From assembly GCA_017642585.1 (NCBI GenBank), contig JAGCOR010000019.1, positions 9,197-73,196 of the forward strand: DNA of 64,000 nt, in the 5' to 3' direction. Position 1 is the first letter of the stretch, and the number at the start of each line of letters is the position of its first letter. The stretch comes from Alphaproteobacteria bacterium. GTDB taxonomy: Bacteria; Pseudomonadota; Alphaproteobacteria; Rs-D84. Positions 18,281 to 28,016 of the stretch are shown one piece after another. Position numbers and translations under genes: made by a program. The notes below the pieces were generated by a model. The model saw only the letters and a program-made list of their open reading frames with translations. It was not told the DNA's origin and made no database searches.

Positions 18281-19942
18281 ATGAAAAAATATTTTTTTGA
18301 TCCAATTTCACCAAATTTTGATGTTTTTGTAGATTATATAACTAAATTAAATGATAAAGTGGAACAATACATAAAAACAAATATGGCTCGTGTCCCCAGT
18401 TCTATAACTGAGAAGTATTCGGATTTATTAGAAGATGAAAATTTATCAGAAAAAGGTGAAGATTTAGATGCGGTGTTTTCCAGATTGGCATATTATTCAC
18501 AGGGTTTAATAAGATGGAATCATCCAGGAGCATTAATCAATGTGAATCCTCCTGCTTCAATTCCTTCAACCGTGGCATCCAGTTATTTTTCTTTGTATAC
18601 TCCTAATGGTGCCCAGGATATGTCAACTGGTTATTTATTAACTACAGAGCTGGCAGTTGTTAAAATGTTGAGTCAGTTGGCAGGTATTGATTATAAACAA
18701 TCTGGTGGATATTTTACTTTTGGTGGCAAGTCAACTAATATACATGCAATAAAACATGGATTACAAAGAATTTCAAAAGATTATGCAACTAATGGTTTGT
18801 CTGGTAATATAATCACATTTTCTTCTACTCAGGGGCACCCATGCCACGCAGAGGCTTGTAATTGGTTAGGTATAGGAGATAAAAATTGTGTTCGTATATC
18901 TACTAATAAAATGGGTGAAATAAATCTTGAAGAACTTGAACAAGCCATGTCATTCGCCATAGAACATGGTAAAAAGATTGCTTGTATAACTGTAAATGGT
19001 GGTACAACCATCCAAATGACCATAGATCCAATAAAAAAAGTTGTAGATATCAGAGACAGATTAGTAAAAAAGTACAATTTGGAATATATTCCACGTATTC
19101 ATGTTGATTCTGTTATTGGTTGGGTATGGTTGTTTTTCAAAGATTATGATTTTAATACAAACCCACTTAATTTTTCAAACAATGCTTTACAAAAACTTAA
19201 ACGACAAATGTTACGTATCAGTGAAATAAAATATGCTGATTCTTTTGGTGTTGATTTTCATAAAACTGGTTTTGCACCTTATTTATCATCGGTGTATATT
19301 ACAAAAGATAAAACAGAAATTTTTGAACAAAATCATTACAAAGGCATCTCATACGATGAATTGGAATATGGAAATTATTCGCCGTTTCAATATACATTGG
19401 AATTATCAAGACCGCTTAATGGTCCGCTTGCAGCATATGTAAATTTAAAAACTTTCGGTATAACAGGATTTCAAAAAATTATAGGTAATTTGATGGATAC
19501 ATCTGAATATCTGAAAGAATTACTAAATAATACAGGTAGATTTGAAGTCATAAATGATAATGATAGTGACGGATTTGTCACATTGTTTGTTGCTAAAGAA
19601 ACCAAAGATTCACCGTCTTTCTTTGAACTGAATAATTTGTCAGCTGCGGAAATCGAACAATTTGGTCAGTACAGTTACAAATTTTACCTGTTTTTGTTGG
19701 AGAAACAGAAAAAAGGTGAATGCTGGTTCGCTATAGATTATTCTACTGGGTACCATAGATTGTCCGATGGTAAAAAACTTGGTGTATTAAAGGCATATCC
19801 AATGACACCATATTTTGATAAAAAGGCAGCTGAAAAATTAGTCAAGGATGTTATGATTTTCCAACAAGAGTTTGATAAAGTTAAAGATACTTTTGTAGTA
19901 AAAGAGGTTCCACATAAACCAAGACCATTTGTTTACAGATAA
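18281..19942 (+). CDS. group II pyridoxal-phosphate-dependent decarboxylase
   Basis: SFGVDFHKTGFAPY contains the PLP lysine context (D.HK). Overall length and layout fit group II decarboxylases. Confidence 0.7.
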   Translation: MKKYFFDPISPNFDVFVDYITKLNDKVEQYIKTNMARVPSSITEKYSDLLEDENLSEKGEDLDAVFSRLAYYSQGLIRWNHPGALINVNPPASIPSTVASSYFSLYTPNGAQDMSTGYLLTTELAVVKMLSQLAGIDYKQSGGYFTFGGKSTNIHAIKHGLQRISKDYATNGLSGNIITFSSTQGHPCHAEACNWLGIGDKNCVRISTNKMGEINLEELEQAMSFAIEHGKKIACITVNGGTTIQMTIDPIKKVVDIRDRLVKKYNLEYIPRIHVDSVIGWVWLFFKDYDFNTNPLNFSNNALQKLKRQMLRISEIKYADSFGVDFHKTGFAPYLSSVYITKDKTEIFEQNHYKGISYDELEYGNYSPFQYTLELSRPLNGPLAAYVNLKTFGITGFQKIIGNLMDTSEYLKELLNNTGRFEVINDNDSDGFVTLFVAKETKDSPSFFELNNLSAAEIEQFGQYSYKFYLFLLEKQKKGECWFAIDYSTGYHRLSDGKKLGVLKAYPMTPYFDKKAAEKLVKDVMIFQQEFDKVKDTFVVKEVPHKPRPFVYR

Positions 19943-19955
19943 AAAGGACGTTAAA

Positions 19956-21869
19956 ATGAAGTCAGGATATTATGTTTCCGCATTTGTGTGTTGTAATGAA
20001 TTACAAAATGTATTAGATATAAAATTACGGCACGATCAAACCATCGCACTATGGTATTTTGATGGTGATAAAAATGTTAAATTGGTCAGATATTGGGAAT
20101 TAGAACGTATCTCTGGGTATAAACAACATCCAAAAGCTTTTTTTGATACAAAGGCCTTTTTTGAATTGTTGCAAACTTTATTGCACCAAGAAAATTTATC
20201 TTTGGATGATATAAATGATATTTGGGGTACCAAGGAAATAGAAAAAAGTACAGAATATAGAGATTTTTTTGCTAACACAAATATCGCATTCCACAGTATC
20301 GCTCATATGATGTCTTGTATGTATTACGGTAATTCACAGCCATTTAGCACTGATATGGTTTTGCTGAGTTTGGATGCTGGGCCAGATAGCCAGTTTGAAG
20401 AAAATGCATATGATAAAAATTTCTATGCCGGTGGTGTTATTAAAAACGGCAAATTAGATATATTCCCCATAGAGTCCCCTGCGAGATTTTGGAGTTATTC
20501 TTTCAAAAAATTCAAGTTACGTGAAGGTACTTTGATGGCTCTTGCTACAGCGGTAGATACTGAAATAGATTTTGATATTTCAAAATTTGATGATATATCT
20601 TTCTTTGATGATAGTACAAGAATCAAAGCACGAAAAATTGTGGACGAAATAGCTGATTTTGTATTCAGTTCTAAATTGCCTGAAAATGCAGATAAACGTT
20701 TTTCAGAAGAAGAACATAAAATCAGTGCTGTTATGAAAAATATAGTTAATTTATCGCAACGCATAGTAGAAAGGAATATTGACAATATTATTAAAAAATA
20801 TAATTTGGCACCCGATAAAACGATTATTGCTATGGCTGGTGGTTTCGCATTAAATTGTCCAACAAACTCATATTTGTTACAAAAATATAAATTCAAAGAT
20901 TATCAGATTCCTCCATGTACAAGCGATACTGGAATTGCGGTTGGTACTGGTATAGCTGGTTTCTATAATGGCATGAAAGACAAACCTGTAATAGAATTCG
21001 ATTCCGCATATTATGGTCAGCCCACAGGATTTGATGAACAAGTGCTTGAAAAATATAAAAATTATATAGATTCTGTCGATGATGTAACATTACAAAATGT
21101 TGTCCAAGATATTATTGACGAAGCTGTTATAGTATGGGTCAATGGTAATTCTGAAATAGGTCCGCGTGCATTGGGGAATAGATCATTGATTGGTGATCCT
21201 CGTTATATACAAACCAAAGACATTTTAAATACCATTAAAAAGCGTCAATGGTGGCGTCCAGTCGCTCCCGTTGTATTGGATGAATATGGAACAGAATGGT
21301 TTGACGATTATTTTTATTCACCTAATATGTTGCTTAATTTTGTCGTTAAATCGCAGTACAGAGATAAAGTACCTGCAATATTGCATTTTGATAATACTGC
21401 ACGTGTTCAAAGTGTTTCCAGTGATAGTAATTCTATGCTACATGAATTATTGATGGCTTTTTATAAAGAAACAGGTGTACCAATATTGTGTAATACATCA
21501 CTGAATGATGCTGGAGAACCAATAATAAATACTTTAGACCAAGCAATTGCGTTTGCTTTACACAAAGGTATCAAATATGTATATTGTAATGGAAAAAAAC
21601 GTATACAATTAAAAACAGATACCGATGTATATGGCAAGGCTTTTGATTACCGTGATGAATACTTTTTTGCGCCAAAGAATAATGTTGATATAGAAAGTAT
21701 TGTAAAAAAACAAAATCCGTTTAATTTATCTATCAAAGAATTAACATACTTTTTTGACAATCCAAATTTATTCTCGAAATGCGATATAACAAAGAAAGAA
21801 GATGCACAATTTGTAAAAGAACAAACTGCACAATATCTAAAGAATAATCCAGATGCATTGCAAAGATAA
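19956..21869 (+). CDS. carbamoyltransferase (NodU/CmcH family)
   Basis: GPRALGNRSLIGDPR, WWRPVAPVVL, DNTARVQSV and LCNTSLN match C-terminal carbamoyltransferase motifs. Start set at MKSGYY (AAGGA RBS). Confidence 0.8.
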   Translation: MKSGYYVSAFVCCNELQNVLDIKLRHDQTIALWYFDGDKNVKLVRYWELERISGYKQHPKAFFDTKAFFELLQTLLHQENLSLDDINDIWGTKEIEKSTEYRDFFANTNIAFHSIAHMMSCMYYGNSQPFSTDMVLLSLDAGPDSQFEENAYDKNFYAGGVIKNGKLDIFPIESPARFWSYSFKKFKLREGTLMALATAVDTEIDFDISKFDDISFFDDSTRIKARKIVDEIADFVFSSKLPENADKRFSEEEHKISAVMKNIVNLSQRIVERNIDNIIKKYNLAPDKTIIAMAGGFALNCPTNSYLLQKYKFKDYQIPPCTSDTGIAVGTGIAGFYNGMKDKPVIEFDSAYYGQPTGFDEQVLEKYKNYIDSVDDVTLQNVVQDIIDEAVIVWVNGNSEIGPRALGNRSLIGDPRYIQTKDILNTIKKRQWWRPVAPVVLDEYGTEWFDDYFYSPNMLLNFVVKSQYRDKVPAILHFDNTARVQSVSSDSNSMLHELLMAFYKETGVPILCNTSLNDAGEPIINTLDQAIAFALHKGIKYVYCNGKKRIQLKTDTDVYGKAFDYRDEYFFAPKNNVDIESIVKKQNPFNLSIKELTYFFDNPNLFSKCDITKKEDAQFVKEQTAQYLKNNPDALQR

Positions 21870-22905
21870 TATCGATTTTCCAAGGATAAATACGGACAAG
21901 TTGTCCCATTTTGCAGGGCAATTCGGGAAGCTGCCAAACTACTATCAATGCGTTATTTTTTATTTGACCATCAAAAACCATTTAATTGGTGCCAAAAATT
22001 ATGCTGATTATGATAAATATTATGCTTTATGTAGACAATTGTACCCACTATTAAATGACAAACAGAGTTTTTTTAATGTGATAGAATCTTTTGTTGGCAA
22101 ATGCGCAACAATGTATGTTGGTAATGACTATATGTCAATTTTTACACAGATTATTAACCCCCAAGATAAATCAGATTTATTCATAAAAACACTTAAATTA
22201 AATACGATTTTATTCAACAATCATTTGTGTCCATTGGTATGTTATGCTTTCGGGAAATGGCAAATTGATTCAAATATAGCACCAACATTATTTTATAATA
22301 TATTGGAATTAACAGTAATGTCATTGTACAGGGTTGTGCCACATACTGCACCACAAGTAGAGGGGAATTTACTGAATGATACGGGTGGAATATTTGATAT
22401 CTATAAAACATATGATAATAAATTAGTCAGGAAAACCCCAAAAAGTTATGCTGCGTTTTCGTTTTTAGCCCAACAAGAGTTTGAATCTTATAAATTTTTT
22501 TCTCAAAATTCAGAATTACTTGAATATTTGCCAGATGTGTATACGCTTGACACACAAAATATGGTTTTATCGCATTCCTTTATAAAAGGGGATTCTGGGG
22601 ACTATATGTTAATGAATAACAAGCTTATAACAGATGTTCAAAAACGTGATTTAGCCAAATTTTATGATATTTACTTAAAAAATCCAGAAATGCGTTTTTT
22701 GGATATTCATCCTGGCAATTTTATATGGAATACTGAACAAAACAGGTGGTTGTTTATAGATATGGGATTGATACCATATATTGGTTCTGAATATTATAAA
22801 AAATCGTGTTTTAATGAATATTATCACGACGTATGGGAAACAAGATTATGGCAAATAGCACACATACCTATAAGATCATTCGATTATGGGGTGTTTCAAG
22901 TGTAA
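21853..22905 (+). CDS. APH/choline-kinase-like phosphotransferase with an unknown N-terminal domain
   Basis: LVRKTPK lysine. FLDIHPGNFIW (catalytic loop, as in DLHPGN) and LFIDMG (DFG equivalent). It overlaps the upstream gene by 17 nt. Confidence 0.6.
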   Translation: MHCKDNIDFPRINTDKLSHFAGQFGKLPNYYQCVIFYLTIKNHLIGAKNYADYDKYYALCRQLYPLLNDKQSFFNVIESFVGKCATMYVGNDYMSIFTQIINPQDKSDLFIKTLKLNTILFNNHLCPLVCYAFGKWQIDSNIAPTLFYNILELTVMSLYRVVPHTAPQVEGNLLNDTGGIFDIYKTYDNKLVRKTPKSYAAFSFLAQQEFESYKFFSQNSELLEYLPDVYTLDTQNMVLSHSFIKGDSGDYMLMNNKLITDVQKRDLAKFYDIYLKNPEMRFLDIHPGNFIWNTEQNRWLFIDMGLIPYIGSEYYKKSCFNEYYHDVWETRLWQIAHIPIRSFDYGVFQV

Positions 22906-22946
22906 TTGTCAAAAAACATAAAATGTCAATTTTTTTTGATAAAGAC

Positions 22947-22974
22947 TTGAAAAATAAAAATATAGGTATACAAT
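22947..22974 (+). promoter_or_regulatory. sigma70-like promoter of tyrS (TTGAAA, 16 nt, TACAAT)
   Basis: Hexamers read directly. The same TTGxAA-N16-TACAAT layout is seen upstream of glyQS. Confidence 0.45.
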
Positions 22975-23008
22975 ATATCGTATAATAAACAATTAAGAGG
23001 TCTTATAA

Positions 23009-24292
23009 ATGACAGATATTATTGATAATACTATCAAGGTTATGCTTAAGGGCGCTGCAGAGCACACAGATGTTTCTGAAATCAGGGCTAAGTTAGAAAG
23101 CGTAGCGAAAGAAAAACGACCATTGCGCGTAAAATTAGGGTTGGATCCATCTGCTCCAGATATTCATATCGGACACGCGGTTGTTTTACGCAAAATCAAA
23201 CAATTACAAGATTTAGGTCACGAAGCTATAATTATCATAGGTGATTTTACTGGGATGATAGGTGATCCTACAGGTAAATCTAAGACCAGAAAACAGTTAA
23301 CACCTGAACAAGTTAAACAAAATGCTGAGACGTATAAGACCCAAATATTCAAGATATTAGATCCGAAAAAAACAACAGTTCGTTTTAATAGTGAGTGGTT
23401 GGGAAAGATGACATTTAAGGATGTGATAGATTTGTCTGCAAAAACAACAGTGGCTCGCATTTTAGAACGTGACGACTTTAATAAACGTTACACTACGGGT
23501 CAGCCGATTTCTGTTCATGAATTCTTTTATCCGTTGATGCAAGCGTATGATTCTGTTGCAATCAAAGCTGACTTGGAATTAGGTGGAACAGATCAAACCT
23601 TTAATATTTTGATGGGGCGTAATATTCAAAAAGATTATGGTCAGGAACCTCAAATTACTTTATTCATGCCAATCTTAGAAGGAATAGATGGTGTTGAAAA
23701 GATGAGTAAAAGTTTAGGTAATTACATAGGTGTTAATGAAGCTCCATATACAATGTATGAAAAGGTAATGAAAATACCTGATAATATGATTATAAAATAC
23801 TATGAATTAGCAACGGATTTGCATCCTGATGCGGTGAATGTCATTAAACAGCGGTTGCAAAATGGGGAAAATCCTAGAGATATAAAAATGGAATTGGCTA
23901 AAGAGATAACAACTCTTTATCACAGCGCGGCGGATGCGCTCAAGGCAGAAGAACGTTTTAAAACGGCATATCAACAACAACGCGCTCCGGATGATGCACA
24001 AATTATTAGTTACTATGAGGGTGATGATGCTTTTATTGCTTTGGTGCGAGCAATATCTTCATCTGGTAAATATAAATCAAATGGAGAAGTAAGACGTTTA
24101 ATGTTACAGGGTGCTGTTAAGGTAAATGGTCTCAAAACACAAAAACAAGAAGATGTACCAGAGATAAAAGACGGCGATATTGTTCAGGTTGGTAAAGGGC
24201 AATTTTTCAGAATAGCTAAAAAAAAAGTTTCTGAAGTAATGCAGGTAGAAAATGCATTAACAAAAATTGTTCAGAATGTGCATACAAAATAA
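23009..24292 (+). CDS. tyrS: tyrosine--tRNA ligase
   Basis: [14 protein letters not shown] (HIGH motif), KMSKSLGN (KMSKS motif) and a C-terminal S4-like domain ([15 protein letters not shown]). Confidence 0.92.
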   Translation: MTDIIDNTIKVMLKGAAEHTDVSEIRAKLESVAKEKRPLRVKLGLDPSAPDIHIGHAVVLRKIKQLQDLGHEAIIIIGDFTGMIGDPTGKSKTRKQLTPEQVKQNAETYKTQIFKILDPKKTTVRFNSEWLGKMTFKDVIDLSAKTTVARILERDDFNKRYTTGQPISVHEFFYPLMQAYDSVAIKADLELGGTDQTFNILMGRNIQKDYGQEPQITLFMPILEGIDGVEKMSKSLGNYIGVNEAPYTMYEKVMKIPDNMIIKYYELATDLHPDAVNVIKQRLQNGENPRDIKMELAKEITTLYHSAADALKAEERFKTAYQQQRAPDDAQIISYYEGDDAFIALVRAISSSGKYKSNGEVRRLMLQGAVKVNGLKTQKQEDVPEIKDGDIVQVGKGQFFRIAKKKVSEVMQVENALTKIVQNVHTK

Positions 24293-24324
24293 ATCGTGTG
24301 ATGGCATCACATTTGAGGAAAATC

Positions 24325-24346
24325 ACCCCGGGGCTTGCCCCGGGGT
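24325..24346 (+). terminator. GC-rich hairpin downstream of tyrS
   Basis: ACCCCGGGGC-tt-GCCCCGGGGT forms a perfect 10-bp stem. The weak T-tract makes function as an intrinsic terminator uncertain. Confidence 0.4.
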
Positions 24347-24400
24347 ATTACGTTTGCAGAATAAAAAACAAACCGGCTATTCAGGGCTGGTTTGATAAAT

Positions 24401-24525
24401 TTGGCGATATACATTGGAAATATCGTTGTCAAAAATCGCCAGAGACTGGGCAAAAAAGAACACCCCGTGGAATCACCACGGGATGTCTGATTTTACTGGC
24501 GGATGGGGAGGATTTGTAATTCCCA
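24401..24525. repeat. junction module B: island-end-like 96 nt plus a decayed copy of the tRNA-Ser(UGA) 3' end
   Basis: ACTGGCGGATGGGGAGG (24495-24511) is identical to 44747-44763, and the similarity then decays. 24401-24503 matches 38416-38518 at 80 of 103 positions, ungapped. Confidence 0.85.
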
Positions 24526-24621
24526 ACTTCGTTGGGCCCCTTTCACTACGCTTCGCTTCGTCCCGAACCCAGAAACTTCGTTTCAGCGCCTAATCCCAAA
24601 TCACCATTTCAACACAATAAA

Positions 24622-24735
24622 AAAAATGCCCCGGTGGGACATTTTTTATTGTGGCGGAGTTGTAAGAAAGAACGGTATTAGATATGACAAATACAGGGTA
24701 TTTGCAGGGAAATTTTGCCATTTTTGACACATTTT
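24622..24735. repeat. junction module E: hairpin + TGGCGGAGTT (24652-24661) + ACAGGGTA/GCAGGGAA repeats
   Basis: Partner of module D (see 14163-14262). Its right part (AATACAGGG.ATTT.CAGGGAA.TTT..CCATTTTT) also matches module C. Confidence 0.85.
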
Positions 24736-24747
24736 TATGCAAATTGC

Positions 24748-25878
24748 TTATTCACCCAACAACCCTAAACACTCTAACACAAAATCAGCCATGGTTCGTG
24801 CCACGGGTATTGTTACCGCATTACCAAACAGTTTATACTTTGCACTGTCTGTAAGATTTTCTGGGAAAGAAAACATATCTTTTCGGCCTTTTTTAAACCC
24901 GTAATTTACAAATCCTTGCAACTTTCCCCATTCATTCGGTGTCATCATTCTAATATTTTTGTTGTTTATAGGAGACTTCTTCAACATAGCTTCCTGCCCA
25001 GCATACTTCTTACCGTTTTGCACATCCAACACCAAGTTCCTTTCTTTACCAGACCCACCTGTTGCCAAAATAGTATTTGCGATTGGATTAGGAATGTCTG
25101 GTGTATTCACGATTCTATAACCAAAACCATGCCCCTTCTTTTTTTCCCTTTCTGCATGTTTTTCTAAGGTTTTCAAATATCCAGAAGACAAAAAATATTT
25201 TGGCTCAACTTCTTTATCTAGCAAATCGTTTAAAGATTTATACAAATGAATGTGCTTGTTCTCTGATGGTGTAGATGTTGGCAAATTCTTTATCTTTGAT
25301 TTATAACGACGTTTGTCAAAAGCTATCATATAGACGCGTGGGCGATTTTGTGGCACCCCGAAATTTTTAGAATTTCTAATAAAATCCTTGGAGTTGAAAA
25401 TAGGTTCACCAGTTTTTGGGTCCAAAGCAGCCCCAACAACGTGGTAACCCAATTCTTGTATCAACGTCTTTAAAATTGTTTTAAAAGTATTGCCTTTATC
25501 GTGTGTTAACAGATTATCAACATTTTCCAAAACCAGACATTTTGGACGCCGTTTCATACCCTTTATAATGTCGCGAATTGCAAAAAATATGATTCCTTTT
25601 TCCTCGTCTTTAAACCCAGCTTTCTTCCCAGCACGGCTAAAGGTCTGACAAGGGAATCCAGCCGCTAAAACATCACAATCAAGGTTCTTCGTTTTTTTCT
25701 TGAAAGCTTCCGAAGTTAAGTCATTGGTAGGATCTTCACCATATAGATGTTTATACGCAGCACAAGCATTGGGTTCTATTTCCGCAGACAACACATTGTG
25801 AAAGTGTCCTGTCATCTCAAATCCGTGCCGAATTCCCCCAATTCCAGCACATAAGTCCATAATCGTAAAAACAGACAT
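24748..25878 (-). CDS. dcm: DNA (cytosine-5)-methyltransferase
   Basis: Motifs in canonical order: DLCAGIGG (I), GFPCQTFS (IV), ENVDNL (VI), QNRPRVYM (VIII), GNAVTIPV (X). Confidence 0.92.
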   Translation of the reverse strand: MSVFTIMDLCAGIGGIRHGFEMTGHFHNVLSAEIEPNACAAYKHLYGEDPTNDLTSEAFKKKTKNLDCDVLAAGFPCQTFSRAGKKAGFKDEEKGIIFFAIRDIIKGMKRRPKCLVLENVDNLLTHDKGNTFKTILKTLIQELGYHVVGAALDPKTGEPIFNSKDFIRNSKNFGVPQNRPRVYMIAFDKRRYKSKIKNLPTSTPSENKHIHLYKSLNDLLDKEVEPKYFLSSGYLKTLEKHAEREKKKGHGFGYRIVNTPDIPNPIANTILATGGSGKERNLVLDVQNGKKYAGQEAMLKKSPINNKNIRMMTPNEWGKLQGFVNYGFKKGRKDMFSFPENLTDSAKYKLFGNAVTIPVARTMADFVLECLGLLGE

Positions 25879-25896
25879 AAATTTCTTCCTCTTGCT

Positions 25897-28014
25897 TTAA
25901 GAGAACTTTACATCATGTTCCTGGGCAAGGCAATACAATTTTTGCAATATTCTTGCTTGTTTATCGCTTGGCACCGCTATTCGACCATTTGCCATAGAGG
26001 TTAATACACCATATTCTGTAATACCTTTCTCATCACTTAATAGTTCCCTGTGTTTTGTATAAAAAGTTAACAACACTCGCCAATGTTCAGGAGGAATATT
26101 AACAACAAAAACCGTTGCTTCCATTCCGTTAACCATTTTTGCTTCTTTACGGGCTGCTTTCTTATCAGTTTTCTGTGTTTCTTCACTAACAGATATCTCA
26201 TCTAACACGTCTGCAGGCAAATCCAAATCTATTTTGGAAATATCATTCTCCCATAGTCCCTTCATTTTGAATTTTTCTCGCCAATCCGCTGGATTTGGGT
26301 AATGGTCCAACATAAAACGTCTGACGGCTTTTATTGAGATATCTATTGCCTTTTCAAACGGCTTATGAATACCCTGTCTCGTCCAAACAAATTCAAAATC
26401 AAGAAAACGACCTTTTGATAAAACATATTTGTTTAACAAACCTAAAGCATATGCTTTATATTCTGATTTTACAGAACGGTTTTCTTTATACCAATCTGTA
26501 TCAGCAATCATTTCATCAGTCTTTTTCGCTAATATAACTTTTGCTATCAATTCATGAAAATAATTATCGTTTATCGAGGATTCGTCTTGTTCTATTTTCT
26601 TCTCTACATTATCAGCAAAGTATGCGAATGCCAATTGTTGTTTATTAGCTATATACGGTGCCCCCTGGAAAATCGCCTCTGTTTTTGCCAATATGATTTT
26701 ATCTATCTTTTGTTCTTTAGGGTTAAAACGTTGAAATTCATTCTTTTCGCTTTGCGTCTTACCACAATCCACTTCGTACTGACCACGAGTTCGTTCATAA
26801 TACCATCTCGTTTTATTTTGTTTTCCATCAACTGATGGTGTCCATATTCTTTGTGATATTTCCTTGAACTTCTTATGGAACTCGCTGTTTGAGAAGAAAT
26901 CGGATTCTTTAACAGGATTTTGTGTGTTTGCAAATCTGGCAACTTTTTCTACAAAATCTGAATATTTATCTCCGTCTTCTACTACAGATAATTTCATCTG
27001 TACGGAAACATTCGTTAGATCTTTTTTACTTTCCCATGCTGTATGAATAACATTTGTCGTCTGTCCCCCATTAACGATTTGAAAACCTCTTGCTGATTGC
27101 AAATACAAGTCGTCTCCTTCCCTCTTAAATTTAGGTTCAGAAGCTGTACAGGTTAAACCATTATTATATGCAAAAAAACGTTCTGGTGCTTCCTCGATAG
27201 TGATTAACATCCCTTTATTAATTTTCTTTTTTAACTGCAAAAATGTGCGCACATTTTGCTCTAGCAACTTTTGACCAAATTCTTCGTATATTTTAGCTAA
27301 TGTTTCTGCTGGCATTATAGCAAGATACGACATATAGTCTGCACAGCCTTCACAAATAGCTGGCAAACACTTTAGGCCTTTATGGTCTTTTGTCGTTTCA
27401 CAAAAATCCACTTCCAAGTCTTCAAATGATGTTTCTGATGTTTTGATCTGAAAAATTCTGTTAATGTCGAAAATTTTAAAAGAGTATCTTTCTTCGTCCA
27501 TTCCTTTGAGAGTAATTTTTGCATCTTTTTTGTTCAGTGTTCTGGTAATTAATCCATTGGTTAGCAACATAAATTCTACAGTTCTGGCACGCGGAAAATT
27601 ATCGAAAATCTCTTTGGCGACCAATGCTGCTGGATCTGTGGCCTCCATCTCAACAAACAATGGTTTTTCTGGATCCGTGGCAAGTTCTAAGAAATTTCTA
27701 AGTGCTTTGAATTTACGCTCATAAATTTCTTTTGTAACAGTTTGAATTTCATCGGTATTAAAGAAATCACACCCAATCAAAGTAAGTAATTTTCGATCCT
27801 CATCCCATGCACACCCAGAAATTTCGAAATTTTTATTTGGGGTTTTGGCTTCCCAAAAACCTAATATCGGATCCGTTATATCCGCATCTTGCATTAAATA
27901 TATTGATATATATTCCAAAAATTTATCTGACAACGTGCCATCACTTGCAACAAAATTGCCCCGGACCGTTTCCAATACATCTTGGTACATATCTTGTAAT
28001 GTTATGCTCGCCAT
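25897..28014 (-). CDS. AIPR (abortive-infection phage-resistance) family protein
   Basis: Size is about 700 aa. The central QIVNGGQTT motif is recalled as characteristic of AIPR proteins. The operon context with Z1, HATPase and Dcm also fits. Confidence 0.65.
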   Translation of the reverse strand: MASITLQDMYQDVLETVRGNFVASDGTLSDKFLEYISIYLMQDADITDPILGFWEAKTPNKNFEISGCAWDEDRKLLTLIGCDFFNTDEIQTVTKEIYERKFKALRNFLELATDPEKPLFVEMEATDPAALVAKEIFDNFPRARTVEFMLLTNGLITRTLNKKDAKITLKGMDEERYSFKIFDINRIFQIKTSETSFEDLEVDFCETTKDHKGLKCLPAICEGCADYMSYLAIMPAETLAKIYEEFGQKLLEQNVRTFLQLKKKINKGMLITIEEAPERFFAYNNGLTCTASEPKFKREGDDLYLQSARGFQIVNGGQTTNVIHTAWESKKDLTNVSVQMKLSVVEDGDKYSDFVEKVARFANTQNPVKESDFFSNSEFHKKFKEISQRIWTPSVDGKQNKTRWYYERTRGQYEVDCGKTQSEKNEFQRFNPKEQKIDKIILAKTEAIFQGAPYIANKQQLAFAYFADNVEKKIEQDESSINDNYFHELIAKVILAKKTDEMIADTDWYKENRSVKSEYKAYALGLLNKYVLSKGRFLDFEFVWTRQGIHKPFEKAIDISIKAVRRFMLDHYPNPADWREKFKMKGLWENDISKIDLDLPADVLDEISVSEETQKTDKKAARKEAKMVNGMEATVFVVNIPPEHWRVLLTFYTKHRELLSDEKGITEYGVLTSMANGRIAVPSDKQARILQKLYCLAQEHDVKFS

Positions 28015-28016
28015 TT

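Larger units (their letters stand above)
14192..24496. mobile_element. candidate island segment 1 (biosynthetic cluster + tyrS), bounded by junction modules D and B
   Basis: It is bounded by att-like junctions. Spot-counted GC of the cluster is far below that of the flanks. There is no recombinase inside and tyrS has core-like GC, so the extent is uncertain. Confidence 0.3.

Noticed and set aside
24514-24621. The idea that the whole B-to-E spacer is a complete decayed tRNA-Ser pseudogene.
   Set aside because: Only about the first 28 nt (acceptor 3' strand and a degenerate T-arm) can be aligned to the real tRNA. The rest shows no D-arm or anticodon-arm similarity.
24298-24727. ORFs 24298-24519 and 24503-24727 (73 and 74 aa) between tyrS and dcm.
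   Set aside because: They run through the junction repeats, the hairpins and the tRNA-Ser 3' fragment. They have no RBS, and their homologous copies elsewhere are not in frame.
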